35,741 nucleotides of DNA from Octopus sinensis (GCF_006345805.1 NW_021828042.1:1-35741); one strand, 5' to 3'. Numbered from the stretch's first letter, positions 1-12,959 are shown. Translations and numbers: made by a program. Notes: generated by a model from the letters alone, not told the origin.

Positions 1-612
1 GATCACAATCGCGTTCATAGAAGAGAGAGACCATATCATTGTGATATCTGTGGTAAACCATTCTCTCGTAATAGTAATTTGGTTGATCACAATCGCGTTC
101 ATACAGGGGAGAAAGCATATCATTTTGATATCTGTGGTAAACCATTCTCTCGTAATAGTAATTTGGTTGATCACAATCGCGTTCATACAGGGGAGAAAGC
201 ATATCATTTTGATATCTGTGGTAAATCATTCTCTCGTAATAGTAATTTGGTTGATCACAATCGCATTCATAGAAGAGAGAGACCATATCATTGTGATATC
301 TGTGGTAAACCATTCTCTCAAAAGAAACACTTGATTATGCACAGCCATATATATACACGAGAGAAGCCATATCTTTGTGTTATCTGTGGTAAATCATTCT
401 CTCAAGAGAGTCATTTGGTTTATCACAAACTTACACATACAGGAGAGAAACCATATCAATGTAATTACCATGCTAAATCATTTGCCCTTAATTGTCAATT
501 GGTTACTCACAAACGTGAGAAACCCTATCACTGTTTTGTTTGTGGTAAGTCTTTCAAATTAATCACCTCACTAATAAGACACATGCAGGGGAGAAACCAT
601 TTTCTTCATTAG
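1..612 (+). CDS. C2H2 zinc-finger protein, 3' part (ZNF copy 1, runs off the left edge); several fingers degenerate
   Basis: Frame open from base 1 to the stop at 610-612. C-x2-C-x12-H-x3-H units with TGEKP-like linkers. Two fingers have the first Cys replaced by Phe (YHFDIC). Confidence 0.85.
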   Translation, partial: DHNRVHRRERPYHCDICGKPFSRNSNLVDHNRVHTGEKAYHFDICGKPFSRNSNLVDHNRVHTGEKAYHFDICGKSFSRNSNLVDHNRIHRRERPYHCDICGKPFSQKKHLIMHSHIYTREKPYLCVICGKSFSQESHLVYHKLTHTGEKPYQCNYHAKSFALNCQLVTHKREKPYHCFVCGKSFKLITSLIRHMQGRNHFLH

Positions 613-684
613 TTGTTGTAATTCATTTTTTGGAAATTGTGTTGTAACTACACACGAAAATGTTCATACCAGACACAACCTATG

Positions 685-982
685 TAATATTCATCATTGT
701 TCGACCGTGGTCGAGACAATGGAATTTACTATGCTACACCAGACTTCACGGTCCATCATTGCATTACGGAGGTCTTGTTGCTCGATGCCTGTATCCTTGG
801 AGATTACATCAGGGTAGGAGAGTGTGCATCCTCTGGTATCACGAGCAGATGGCTTCTAGTGGAGAAGAGTAGAAATTGCATCGTTTTCAGCTCTACAACA
901 ATGTCCAGCAAACTGGACTCTTCTACCTTTCACAAGAGATGACACAGGTGGTAGTTTCCCATATATTTGTACTTTGGTTGTT
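685..982 (-). mobile_element. RTE-clade LINE 3' end in the 3' flank of ZNF copy 1
   Basis: Minus strand reads QIYGKLPPVSSLVKGRRVQFAGHCCRAENDAISTLLH*KPSARDTRGCTLSYPDVISKDTGIEQQDLRNAMMDREVWCSIVNSIVSTTVEQ*, then a TGATGA tail. This resembles RTE C-termini. Confidence 0.7.
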
Positions 983-1064
983 GTAGAGCTGAAAACGATG
1001 CAATTTCTACTCTCCTCCTCTGGAACCCATCTGCTCGCGATACCAGAGGGTGCACACTCTCCTA
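815..1064. repeat. Inverted repeat, ~87-bp arms (815-901 / 978-1064)
   Basis: Arms are reverse complements with few mismatches; spacer ~76 bp. Confidence 0.9.
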
Positions 1065-1549
1065 TCATTCTCTCGAAAAAGCCACATGAATAAACATGGG
1101 GGTATTCACAGAGACATGTTTCTGTCTCAATGTCAAAATTTATTAAGTTATAACGATAATTAACACTAATTGGTCTGCTAAAACACAGGCTTTTTCCTTT
1201 CATCAGTTATAGGAATTTCTTAATAAAGAATAATGAATAAGATATTTATTTTGTGTTTGTTTTTATTGCTCTATATCTGGACCCTGTTCCCTTTCTACCT
1301 TAAACCTGTCAACTGGCACAAAGTGACGTTCCTTCAATACTACCTTCCTCCCTGCCAGTTTTGAGATGTTTTGTCTTGCAAGGTCCTTGGGGACGCTGTC
1401 GGTTTTGTTGTCACATAAAAAAATTAAAAATAACACCCAGTGCACTCTGTAGAAGGGCTGACATTAGGAAATGCATTCTGCAGTTGAAGGGTTAGTGACA
1501 GGATGTTGTCTGTTTTAGACGCAGCAAATGATTTTAGCTCAATAGAGGG

Positions 1550-1729
1550 CATAGGATTGGTTAAAATTCGAATAATTAAACTACGTTAAACTTACAAATT
1601 ACAATTTTCCCAAGAAAGCCAAGAGAAAAAAATGTTTTATTTTGACACATTCTACCAGTATACGAAGTTTAAATGAGTTTAGTTAACTAGAAATTGTGTT
1701 GAAAACTGCCGTTGAAAAGGAAAAGATCC
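1550..1729 (-). mobile_element. Partial copy of the GGATC-ended MITE family
   Basis: Ends in aaaactgccgttgaaaaggaaaagatcc, the TIR variant also seen at 17573 and 18729. Confidence 0.75.
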
Positions 1730-1832
1730 CATTTTTGTAATTCTTTGTACTGTTATGTCGTTTTCTATGTTCGATCTCAGGATCATAATAAAGATTTTAT
1801 CACTGTGAGATTTTCTATTTAGCGTTTTAGCT

Positions 1833-1925
1833 AAACAAATATATTCTTACAGGAGAGAAGATATATCAGTGTGAGATCTGTGGCAAATCATTCCCTCAAA
1901 TGAGCGCCTTGACACACAATACAGA
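1833..1925 (+). pseudogene. Isolated degenerate C2H2 finger
   Basis: Reads KYILTGEKIYQCEICGKSFPQMSALTHNTD; the His pair is incomplete. Confidence 0.75.
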
Positions 1926-2816
1926 TGTTAATAGAATAAAACTGTGGGGGAAACTGGAGGGAATCCCACCAGTCAGTAGAGCCATCTAGGAGACAATTAG
2001 AGAAATACTATGAAACGAAGGAAAATAACTTCTATAATACTTCATTCCGTCCGTCGATAGGTCGGCAACGAAACGGCGCGCTTTCACTCTTGATGACATC
2101 AATTAAAAGGCAGTGCTCCAACATGGCCGCAGTCAAATGACTGAAACAAGTAAAAGAGTAAAGAGTAAGAGTATTAGGAAATGCATTCTGCTGTAGAAAT
2201 GCCAAATCAGATAAGGGAAACTGGTGCAGCTCATGGCTTTGTCAGTTCTGGTCAACCTATCCAACATATGCCTGTACGGAACACAGACATTAAATTTTGA
2301 TGAAGAAAGCATGTATAGTGTGGTGTTATGGGCTGTGATGAGCTATGTGGTGTTGGTGGAGAGGATTGCAGATGAGGTTTTCAGAAGTGAAGACTGCAGG
2401 GGCCGGAGTAACAGCCACGGGGCATGCATGGGCAGGAAGTTCAAGGAGAGACAGCAGCGTGCAAGGACATGTTTATTTCTTGACAGTGATTGCTCATCCC
2501 ACCTAGGTCAAAAGGTAAGGCCTTTTGTATTTCTTTCTCCAGGTAAGGGTGATTAGGTGATGGTCTAGGGCTTAGGGGCAGGAGACCCCAGACCTTCGAA
2601 AAAAAAAATAACTGTGGTCGTCTTGTAGTCGAGGGCTCTTCGTTGACGCCCCGACACCACTGGGAGGTGGCCCTCGAAGTCGCTGGAAATGGAGATCTCC
2701 AGGTCCAATTCTTGAACGGCGCAGTCCTGGTCAAACCGTCCGAAACATGTCAACTTGGACAATGGACATTAAATGATGATAATGATGATGACTTTGGTTA
2801 AACCGAGATATTGCTG

Positions 2817-3042
2817 AAGGCGGCAAGCTGGCAGAATCGTTAGCACGTTGGGCGAAATGCTTAGCGGTATTTCGGCTGCCGCTACGTTGTGAGTTCAAAT
2901 TCCGCCCAGGTCGACTTTGCCTTTCATCCTTTCGGGGTCGATAAATTAAGTACCAGTTATGCACTGGGGTCAATGTAATCGACTTAATACCTATGTTTGT
3001 CCCCTCTATGTTTAGCCCCTTGAGGGTAATAAAGAAATAGGT
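2817..3042 (+). mobile_element. tRNA-derived SINE family B (central domain resembles the MetaSINE Meta domain)
   Basis: GAGTTCAAATTCC B-box-like motif and a GGTCGACTTTGCCTTTCATCCTTTCGGGGTCGATAAATTAAGTACCAG core. Further copies at ~11810-11995(-), 16398-16635(-), 26565-27270(-), 32440-32650(-), 33850-34070(+). Confidence 0.75.
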
Positions 3043-3216
3043 ATAGCTGAAGGCACTTGCTCAATGTGCTCTGCATTGGGATTGAACCACAAACCATGAG
3101 GTTGGAAAGAAAGTTCCTTACCACACAAACACGCCTGTCTGCATTTATTGACTGTTTGGTTGTAGGTAATCCCTGGTGTGAATGCATGTTCATAGAAAAA
3201 GCTATAATTATTATAG

Positions 3217-3775
3217 GCGTAGGAGTGGCTGTGTGGTAAGTAGCTTGTTTACCAACCACATGGTTCCAGGGTTCAGTCCCACTACATAGCACCTTGGGCA
3301 AGTGTCTTCTATTATAGCCTCGGGCCGACCAAAGCCTTGTGAGTGGATTTGGTAAATGGGAACTGAAAGAAGCCCATCGCATATATATATAGGAGTGGCT
3401 GTGTGGTAAGTAGCTTGCTTACCAACCACACAGTTCCGGGTTAAGTCCCACTGCGTGGCACCTTGGGCAAGTGTCTTCTACTATAGCCTCGGGCCAACCA
3501 AAGCCTTGTGAGTGGATTTGGTAGACGGAAACTGAAAGAAGCCCGTCGTATATATATGTGTGTGTTTGTGTGTCTGTGTTTGTCTCCCCAACATCGCTTG
3601 ACAACCGATGCTGGTGTGTTTACGTTCCCATTACTTAGTGGTTCGGCAAAAGAGACCAATAGGATAAGTACTAGGCTTACAAAGAATAAGTCCTGGGGTC
3701 GATTTGCTCGACTAAAAGGCGATGCTCTAGCATGGCCGCAGTCAAATGACTGAAACAAGTAAAAGAGAAAGAGAA
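3217..3775 (+). mobile_element. tRNA-derived SINE family A (CORE-like, resembles octopus OR-type SINEs): a 5' half followed by a full copy
   Basis: Head aggagtggctgtgtggtaag...ggttcagtccc, gcaccttgggcaag CORE-like motif, internal (TA)/(TG) tract, tail aaacaagtaaaagag. More than 10 copies in the window. Confidence 0.8.
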
Positions 3776-3984
3776 AGGGTTACATTCTCTCTATAGATTC
3801 TCTCTATAAAGGAGCTAATTTTGAATTCCCATATACAAAGTAAACAATCAGGTGGGGTTGGTTGTATTTAACAGGAAAAAACTAACCAAATAAGGGAGTA
3901 TGGAATTTTAAATATTGGGGACTAAGATTAATATCAAACTATCCATAATCAATACAGCTTAGATATTAGTATGAAAGAAATCAT

Positions 3985-4270
3985 CATCATCATTTACTGT
4001 CCGTTTTCCATGCTAGCATGGGTTGGATGGTTCGACTGGGCTATGGGAAGCCAGGAGGCTGCACCAGGCTCCAGTCTGATCTGGCAGTGTTTCTACAGCT
4101 GGATGCCCTTCCTAACGCCAACCACTCCATGAGTGAAGTGGGTATTTTTTAGTGCTACCGGGCAAGGGGCTGCATGAGGCTTGGCAAACAGTTCCGATTG
4201 GTTGATGCTTTTGTGTGTCACCGACATGGACGCCAGTCAGGCGGTGCTGGCATCTTCCATGTTCGGGTGG
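3985..4270 (-). mobile_element. RTE-type 3' UTR/tail fragment with (TGA)n tail
   Basis: Reverse complement of the tail seen at 15960-16130 and 34700-34880. Confidence 0.75.
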
Positions 4271-4299
4271 TGCTTTTTACATGTCACTGGCACGGGTAT

Positions 4300-4835
4300 C
4301 TTGAAAGAAATGTTTGAAGAAAATGTTCTGAGTGCAGTAGCTGCAGCTTGTCGGCTGGAAGGCGGTGGATCGAGGCCGTATATCATGCACAATATGAGGG
4401 CTCAACAAGACATGGTTTTCAGCCCCGATGGTTACCCCAATGTCACTGGAGAGAGAGCATTTGTAGGTAGTGTGGAATTGCAACAGATGCTAATCCGTCA
4501 ACCCAGCACACAAAACAGGAATGATTCGGGTGGAAGGAGACCGGAATGGGGTAGCCATTGACATCATGAACTATTGGGAAAATGTAAACCCCTCAATGGT
4601 CGACTGTGGTCCAGAGCAGATGGCTATATGGAGAGAGTGCTGCTGAAATTGCCAGAAGACAATGGAGGTAGTCTTCTGGTACAACATAACGTCCAGGGTA
4701 GGGCAAACCGAAGAGTCTGCCTCGAAAAGAGCCATATTCTAGTGAAAAGGGAGACATCTCAGCATGGTGTCTGTACAGTTCGAAGACGAGTTGTGGGTGA
4801 AGACCCTGAATGCTTGTGTAGGGCACTGGCCATAA
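4300..4835 (+). mobile_element. Degenerate Gypsy-like LTR-retrotransposon integrase fragment
   Basis: Stop-interrupted frame reads ...CNRC*SVNPAHKTGMIRVEGDRNGVAIDIMNYW...SMVDCGPEQMAIWRE...VVFWYNITSRVGQTEESA...ELWVKTLNACVGHWP. It resembles Gypsy integrase zinc-binding and core motifs, with an internal deletion. Confidence 0.65.
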
Positions 4836-4911
4836 ATTTATAACAGACGGACTATAGACAGGAACCTCACAGCAGGCTACTTAGTGAGTTGCTCTGCAGA
4901 GAAGGGACTTC

Positions 4912-5309
4912 CGATCTTTTCCGTTTGACCGGCAGTTTTTTCTAGCGGTGTCATATGAAATTGTCACCCATAATTATGACCCTAGTATTGATCTATTGCA
5001 TTTCAATCTTATTTAGCGATAGGGGTGGGGGAAGGGTATCTTTTTCTTCCGAAATGTAAATAAACCCAATCTGTTTCTTAAACGAGGGACATATTCATAC
5101 GGCACAGAATGTTTTCACCTTAGTAGACGTCATTGATTGGTTGAAATTGAAGAAAAAAACAACAAATATCTTACAAACTATAGAATTTTCTCAATAAAGC
5201 CAAGAGAAATATATGTTTTATAAACACATTCTACCAGTATACGAAGTTTAAAAGTGTTTAGTTACGTGGAAATTAATTTAGAAAACTGCCGGTCAAACCG
5301 AAAAGATCC
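4912..5309 (-). mobile_element. Complete ~400-bp MITE (GGATCTTTTC... TIRs)
   Basis: TIRs at both ends; interior is the reverse complement of 14718-15116. No TSD recognised. Confidence 0.85.
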
Positions 5310-6132
5310 TAGAGTATACTAGTACGCTTTGTTAAAATAATCTGGTGAGAATTTAAAAAAAACTTGAAGATGGAGTTATTGACAGAAAGGGACAAAGTTA
5401 AAAAAACACCGTAACGAATCCAACAAGTCAGTAGCGCTCTCTATTGGAGAATTGAGGAAATACTATCATATCAAGGGACACAACTTGTACAACACATCAC
5501 GAGGCCAAAGTAGCTAATTAGTGAAGTTAATTAGGGAGGTTAATTACCGATCACTGAGTCGCTGTTTATTTGAGAATACGGTAAGTTGACACAGATTTAC
5601 TTTCAGGCTGTAATAGTGTTGATAATACTACTAATAATAAGGTAAATAATAGAATTCTGTGAACCTCTCGATGTTACAGTAATTATTTTTCCAAGCGGGA
5701 ACCTGTCGATAATTAGGAAAATATATTTGTTCGTCTTAATTAATAATTTCCAAACTGAAATGTTGATTTGTTGTTTATAAAATACTATGACCGACTGATA
5801 CATGTGATATAAAGTAAATTAGTTGGTAAAAATGAATGTAATGTGGCATAATTAATTAGTAAAATGAGAAGAAACCGATTGAAGAATTCCTCATTAATTA
5901 ATTCTGTCCCGTTGTTAATTAGGCATTGATAAAACGGTAAGTTGATGAAGATTTGCTTTAAGGTTATATTAATAATCGTAATGGTGGTTTCAAATTTTGA
6001 CGCAGGGCCAGCAATTTTTTTAGGGCAAGTGGGAGTCGATTACACGGACCCCAGAATTTCCTGAAAGGGATGAACGGCAAAGTCAACCTCGGCTGTATTT
6101 GAACCCAAGACTTACTGTCGAGATCGACTCTG

Positions 6133-6822
6133 GGATCTTTTCGGTTTGAACGGCAGTTTTTAAAAACATTTTCCACGTAACTAAACAGTTTTAAACTTCG
6201 TATATTGGTAGAGTGTGTTGATAAAACATGTTTTTCTCTTGGCATTATTGAGAAAATTCTATAGTTTGTAAGATATTTGTTGTTTATTTTCTTCAATTTC
6301 AACCAATCAATGACGTCTATTGAGGTGGAAACATTCTGTGCAGTTTGAATATGTCCCTCGTTTAAGAAACAGATTGGGTTTATTTACATTTCTGAAGAAA
6401 AAAAGATACCCTTCCCTCAACCCTAAAACAGATTGAAATGCAATAGATCGATACTAGGGTCATAATTATGGGTGGACACTAAAAAGGGAACGGTTTTGTT
6501 ATCCAGCTCTGTTTACGAGAGACCTCTCAGTTTATGGTCACAGGGTATCTTTTTTCTCATAAAAATCAGGGACATTTTCATATGACGCCGCCAGTATATG
6601 TTACGGCAGAAATCGTTTTCACCTCAATAGACGTCTTTGATTGGTTGAAATTGCCGAAATGCAAGAAATTAAACAACAAATATGTTACAAACAACAGAAT
6701 TTTCTCAATAAAGCGAAGAGAAAAAGATGTTTTATAAACACATTCTACCAGTATACGAAGTTTAAAATTTTTTAGTTACATAGAAATTATTTTAAAAATC
6801 TGCCGGTCAAAGCGAAAAGTTC
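6133..6822. mobile_element. Two partial MITE copies: + copy 6133-~6476 lacking its right TIR, and a - copy ~6565-6822
   Basis: GGATCTTTTCGGTTTGAACGGCAG at 6133 shares its left flank with the copy at 11337; a diverged TIR ends at ~6822. Confidence 0.75.
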
Positions 6823-7129
6823 CTAATGATGTGTAGGGCACTGACCATGGGCTCATGGTAGACCACATGAAGAGAGGGACCTTCACTGCTGGATAGCTAG
6901 CGAGCTGGTCCAGAAAAGGGAATTCCGGTCGGGCAACATGAAGTCTTAAATCAAACATTTTTCTGAAAGGTAAAGGTGAAGTGTGTAGTAAACTTGTGTG
7001 GGTATACCAATGTTTCAACACCTCAATGAACTCTGACCCCTGTAAACATTGACATTAAATGGCTGACAGTGTTGATGTTGTAATATTTACAATGTTGAAT
7101 TACTATGTCACTTAACTATCCTCTTTATC

Positions 7130-7153
7130 TTACTGTTTCTTTTTCTATTTCAG
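7130..7153 (+). other. Probable splice acceptor of the ZNF copy 2 main exon
   Basis: Long pyrimidine tract ending ttctatttcag. A paralogous acceptor cctctttcag ends at 12582. Confidence 0.6.
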
Positions 7154-7519
7154 AATATCACATCATGTTGACGTGAAAGAAATTACTTCATTCAGATGTG
7201 CTTTTGATATTTTCATCAACTAAAGGAAGATGATATATTTATAAGGAGCATTCATCTATACATCAACGTTTCTATATAAATATAATCTATGACAAACAAC
7301 AGAAAAGTATTTCTCTTGTCTGGAATGTCGAAGAGGTGATTGCTTTACAAGTTTGGATAACTTTACAAACGAGTTGACAGTTTTCACCTGTTGATTTAGG
7401 TATTAAGTAAGATCACAGATGAAAGAAAGATTAACATTAAAGTATTCTCTAAAAAAAGTAATGCAAATGAACACAAACATATTCATAGAAAAGAAAAAAA
7501 CAATATTATTGTGATATAT

Positions 7520-8910
<1,391 letters not shown>

Positions 8911-9409
8911 ACCATTCAGTATTAATCTTTATTACAACAATTATATGGCTATTTTTTTCTGCTGAAAGACAGGGCTATTTTTATCTCTTCAGATATGATG
9001 TTATCGACTTCAATTTCAATAATGTCAGCATCAAATTCATGAATGTTATGTATATATATGGAAGTATATCAACAATGCCTTTGATTTCTGAAGATGATTG
9101 CTCTTGATTTTTGAGCAATTTGTTTTGAGAGAATAAAGAAATGGGAATAATGAATAAAAGGTTACACTGAAGTTGGTTTTGTCTATGTGTTTTCATCATT
9201 ATGGCTGTTATCATCATCATCCTTTAGTGAAATTTTTTTTCTTTACTGGCATGGGTGGCACAGTGTGACATGAGCTGGAAAACCATGATGCTGCTCTAGG
9301 TTCCAGTCTGATTTGTTTGGGTTTCTTTGGATGTATTCTCCTAATAGAGTTTATGCTGTGTACTTCAAATATATGTGTGCGTATGCACTCACACACACAT
9401 ATATATGTG

Positions 9410-9411
9410 TG

Positions 9412-9452
<41 letters not shown>

Positions 9453-9454
9453 TA

Positions 9455-9508
<54 letters not shown>

Positions 9509-9515
9509 GTATATA
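9410..9515. repeat. (TA)n microsatellite
   Basis: Direct reading. Others at 20320-20345, 20475-20510, 23255-23375, 24225-24250. Confidence 0.95.
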
Positions 9516-9839
9516 TATCATCATCATCCTATGAATAAATATATATATTTCCAATGAGGGGAAGGGGTTCCGCCACACTTTTTCCAAGCAAAAATAAGGA
9601 GTTTGCAGCACATTGCGTGGTCAGGGTACTTGATTCCATGCAAAAAATCTGAGTTTTTTTGTTTGTCTTTATGAAAATATCAAACTTTACCCAAAATCCT
9701 TCTGGACTCCAAATTCTCCGAAAAAAATTGTGACAACAAATTCGTATGTAATCATAATCTATACCATCTAAAAAGTATTATCATCATAATCTACCACATC
9801 AGTCATGGAAAATTTTGAATTTCCGTTAATCTACCAAAT

Positions 9840-10019
9840 CATCATCATCATTTAACGTCCGCTTTCATGCTAGCATGGGTTGGACGATTTGACTGAGGTC
9901 TGGCAAACCAGACTCCAATCTGATCTGGCAGAGTTTCTACAGCTTGATGCCCTTCCTAACGCCAACCAGCTGTAGAAACTGCCAGATCAGATTGGAGTCT
10001 GGTTCGCCAGACCTCAGTC
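9840..10019 (-). mobile_element. RTE-tail fragment with foldback inverted duplication (arms 9891-9944 / 9968-10019)
   Basis: (ATC)n tail at 9840; ~53-bp reverse-complementary arms around a 23-nt loop. Confidence 0.85.
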
Positions 10020-11336
10020 AAATATACATATATATAAATGTACAAATGATAAGAAGACAAAGAAAATTGTTTAACACATTGTGGCTGGGCAGTAAAAACA
10101 GTTCCTCTGTACTGAAATTCTTGTGATGGGTGAAAAGTTATTTGACCGTTGGCGACGGAAAATGGGAGAAACTATTAAATAGATAACTTGACATTTGCTC
10201 AGGAATTAAACAATGAAGATATTTATGTTTGTGGTGGCGAAGTTGTGTGATCTGCAGTAGAGTAGACTAAATCGCCTCCCACCAAGCAGACCAACTTCGT
10301 GGCCTTAGAGTGAATAGGCAAGGGAAGAGAGATACAAAAACAAAAACAAAAATGAGAATTATATATATATATATATAAAGCTGAAGTTGTCTGTGTATGG
10401 CAGGTTTGGTAGCCTTCAACTAACACCATCTCCTCTGAGACCCTGTGGCACAAGTTGACCAAACTTGAGAGTATGATAGAAGAAGGCTTGCTCTTCATTC
10501 CGTAGAAGAGAAAATTCAAATCGGACCATGTTAATACCAAAAATTATTTACATCAAAAAGGTGCTTTTTCTCTATGAAAATCCCTAAAAAAACTTGAAGA
10601 CGGAGTTATTAACAGAAAGGGACAAAGCTAAAAAAAACACCAGAACGAATCCAAGAAGTCAGTAGCGCTATCTGTTGGAGAATTGATGAAATACAATCAT
10701 ATCAAGGGACACAACTTCTACAAGACATCAACCACGGGGCCAAAATAGCTAATTAGGGAGGTTAATTACCAATCACTGAGTCGCTGTTTATTTGTGAATA
10801 CGGTAAGTTGACACAGATTTACTTTCAGGCTGTAATAGTGTTGATAATACTACTAATAATAAGGTAAATAATAGAATTCTGTGAACCTCTCGATGTTACA
10901 GTAATTATTTTTCCAAGCGGGAACCTGACAATAATTAGGAAAATATATTTGTTCGTCTTAATTAATAATTTCCAAACTGAAATGTTGATCTGTTGTTTAT
11001 AAAATACTATGACCGACTGATACATGTGATATAAAGTAAATTAGTTGGTAAAAATGAATGTAATGTGGCATAATTAATGAGTAAAATGAGAAGAAACCGA
11101 TTGAAGAATTCCACATTAATTAATTCTGTCCCGTTGTTAATGAGGCATTGATAAAACGGTAAGTTAATGAAGATTTGCTTTAAGGTTATATTAATAATCG
11201 TAATGGTGGTTTCAAATTTTGGCCCAGGGCGAGCGGGAGTCGATTACACGGGCCCCAGAATTTCCTGAAAGGGATGAACGGCAAAGTGAACCTCGGCTAT
11301 ATTTGAACCCAAGACTTACTGTCGAGATCGACTCTG

Positions 11337-11739
11337 GGATCTTTTCGGTTTGAACGGCAGTTTTTAAAAATATTTTCCACGTAACTAAACACTTTTAAAC
11401 TTCGTATACTGGTAGAATGTGTTTATAAAACATCTTTTTCTCTTGGCTTTCTTGAGAAAATTCTATAGTTTGTAAGATATTTGTTGTTTTTTTTCTGCAA
11501 TTTCAACCAATCAATGAAGTCTATTGAGGTGAAAACATTCTGTGCTGTATGAATATGTCCCTCGTTTAAGAAACAGATTGGGTTTATTTACATTTCTGAA
11601 GAAAAAAAGATACCCTTCCCCTCACCCCTAACCCTAAAACAGATTGAAATGCAATAGATCGATACTAGGGTCATAATTATGGGTGACAATTTCATATGAC
11701 ACCGCTAGAAAAAAACTGCCGTTCAAACCGAAAAGATCC
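11337..11739 (+). mobile_element. Complete MITE flanked by a 29-bp direct repeat
   Basis: TIRs at both ends; flanks 11308-11336 and 11740-11768 match at 26 of 29 positions. Confidence 0.85.
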
Positions 11740-12129
11740 CCCAAGACCTACTGTCGAGATAGACACTGTCTTTCATTTTTTTGCAGGGTGAGTAAAAAAT
11801 AATAATAATATTTGGTACTTTAGGCACAAGTCCTGAAATTTGGTAGAAGGGCGTAAGTCGATTCCATGGACCCCAGTACTGTTCTTATTTTATCGATCTC
11901 GAAAGGCAAAGTCGACCTCGGCGGACTTTGAAGTGTTAGAGTAAAGACGGACGAAATGCTGTTAAGTATTTTGTCCAGTATGCTAATGATTCTGCCAGTA
12001 AATAATGGAATTCTGTGAACCCTTCGAAGTTACTGCAATCTGTGAAAATGCATAGAAAGATTGAGAAAATATGCTCGCTTGTCTTAGATATAAAAAAAGG
12101 GATTTTCCTGAAAGGTATGAGGAAAGTAG

Positions 12130-12420
12130 GCGTAGGGCCGAACTAAGCCTTGTGAGTGGATTTCGTAGACGGAAAGTGAAAGAAGCCCTTTGTATATGTG
12201 TGTGTGTGTGTATGTTTGTGTATCTGTGTTTGTCACCCCAACATCGCTTGACAACCGATGCTGGTGTGTTTACGTCCCCGTAACTTAGCAGTTCAGTAAA
12301 AGCGACTGATAGAATAAGTACTAGGCTTCCAAACAATAAGTCCTGGGTCGATTTGCTTGACTGTAAAGCGGTGTGCCAGCATGGTCACAGTCAAATGTCT
12401 GAAACAAGTAAAAGAGTAAA
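12130..12420 (+). mobile_element. SINE family A, 5'-truncated
   Basis: Matches 3490-3775; absent from unit 1. Confidence 0.8.
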
Positions 12421-12959
12421 AGTTGTGTACGTATGCCAATCTTTCAACGCTTCAATGAACTCCGACCCTCGCGAACCTTGACATTAAACGGATGACAGTA
12501 TTGATGTTGTAAAATTTGCAATGTTGAATTATTATGTCACTTAACTATTCTCTTTATCTCACTGTTTCTTTTCCTCTTTCAGAATATCAGATCATGTTGA
12601 CATAAAAGAAATCTTGTCGTTCAGATGTGACTTTTGATATTTTTATGGACTTTCATCAACTAAAGGAAGACAATATATTTATAAGGAGCCTTCATCAATA
12701 CATCAACTTTTTTATATTGATATAATCTATGACAAACAACAGCAAAATATTTTTCTTGTCTTCACTGTCTGGAATGTAGAGGAGGTGATTGCTTTACAAG
12801 TTTGGGTAACTTTACGAAGGACCTGACAGTTTTCACCTGCTAATTTACATATTAAGTAAGATCACAGCTGAAAGAAACATAGCATTAAATTATTTCCTGA
12901 AAATACTAACTGAACTGAACACAAACATATTCATAGAAAAGAGAAAAAAACAATATCTT

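Noticed and set aside
41-334. Alternative-frame and antisense ORFs over ZNF arrays (also 377-562, 13416-13730, 13458-13751, 14309-14500)
   Set aside because: Shadows of the 84-bp finger repeat; no independent coding signal.
2224-2762. Overlapping ORFs of 65-110 aa
   Set aside because: No domain signature, bounded by retroelement tails; likely a decayed repeat.
2984-3758. Recurring short ORFs such as RRHLPKVPRSGTEP (many places)
   Set aside because: Translations of SINE family A, not genes.
5603-5803. 66-aa - strand ORF conserved at 10825-11025
   Set aside because: Conservation is explained by the recent segmental duplication; AT-rich with no domain.
9313-9611. YI/IY-rich and poly-I/L ORFs (also 23026-23428, 34865-35511)
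   Set aside because: Translations of (TA)n and (ATT)n microsatellites.
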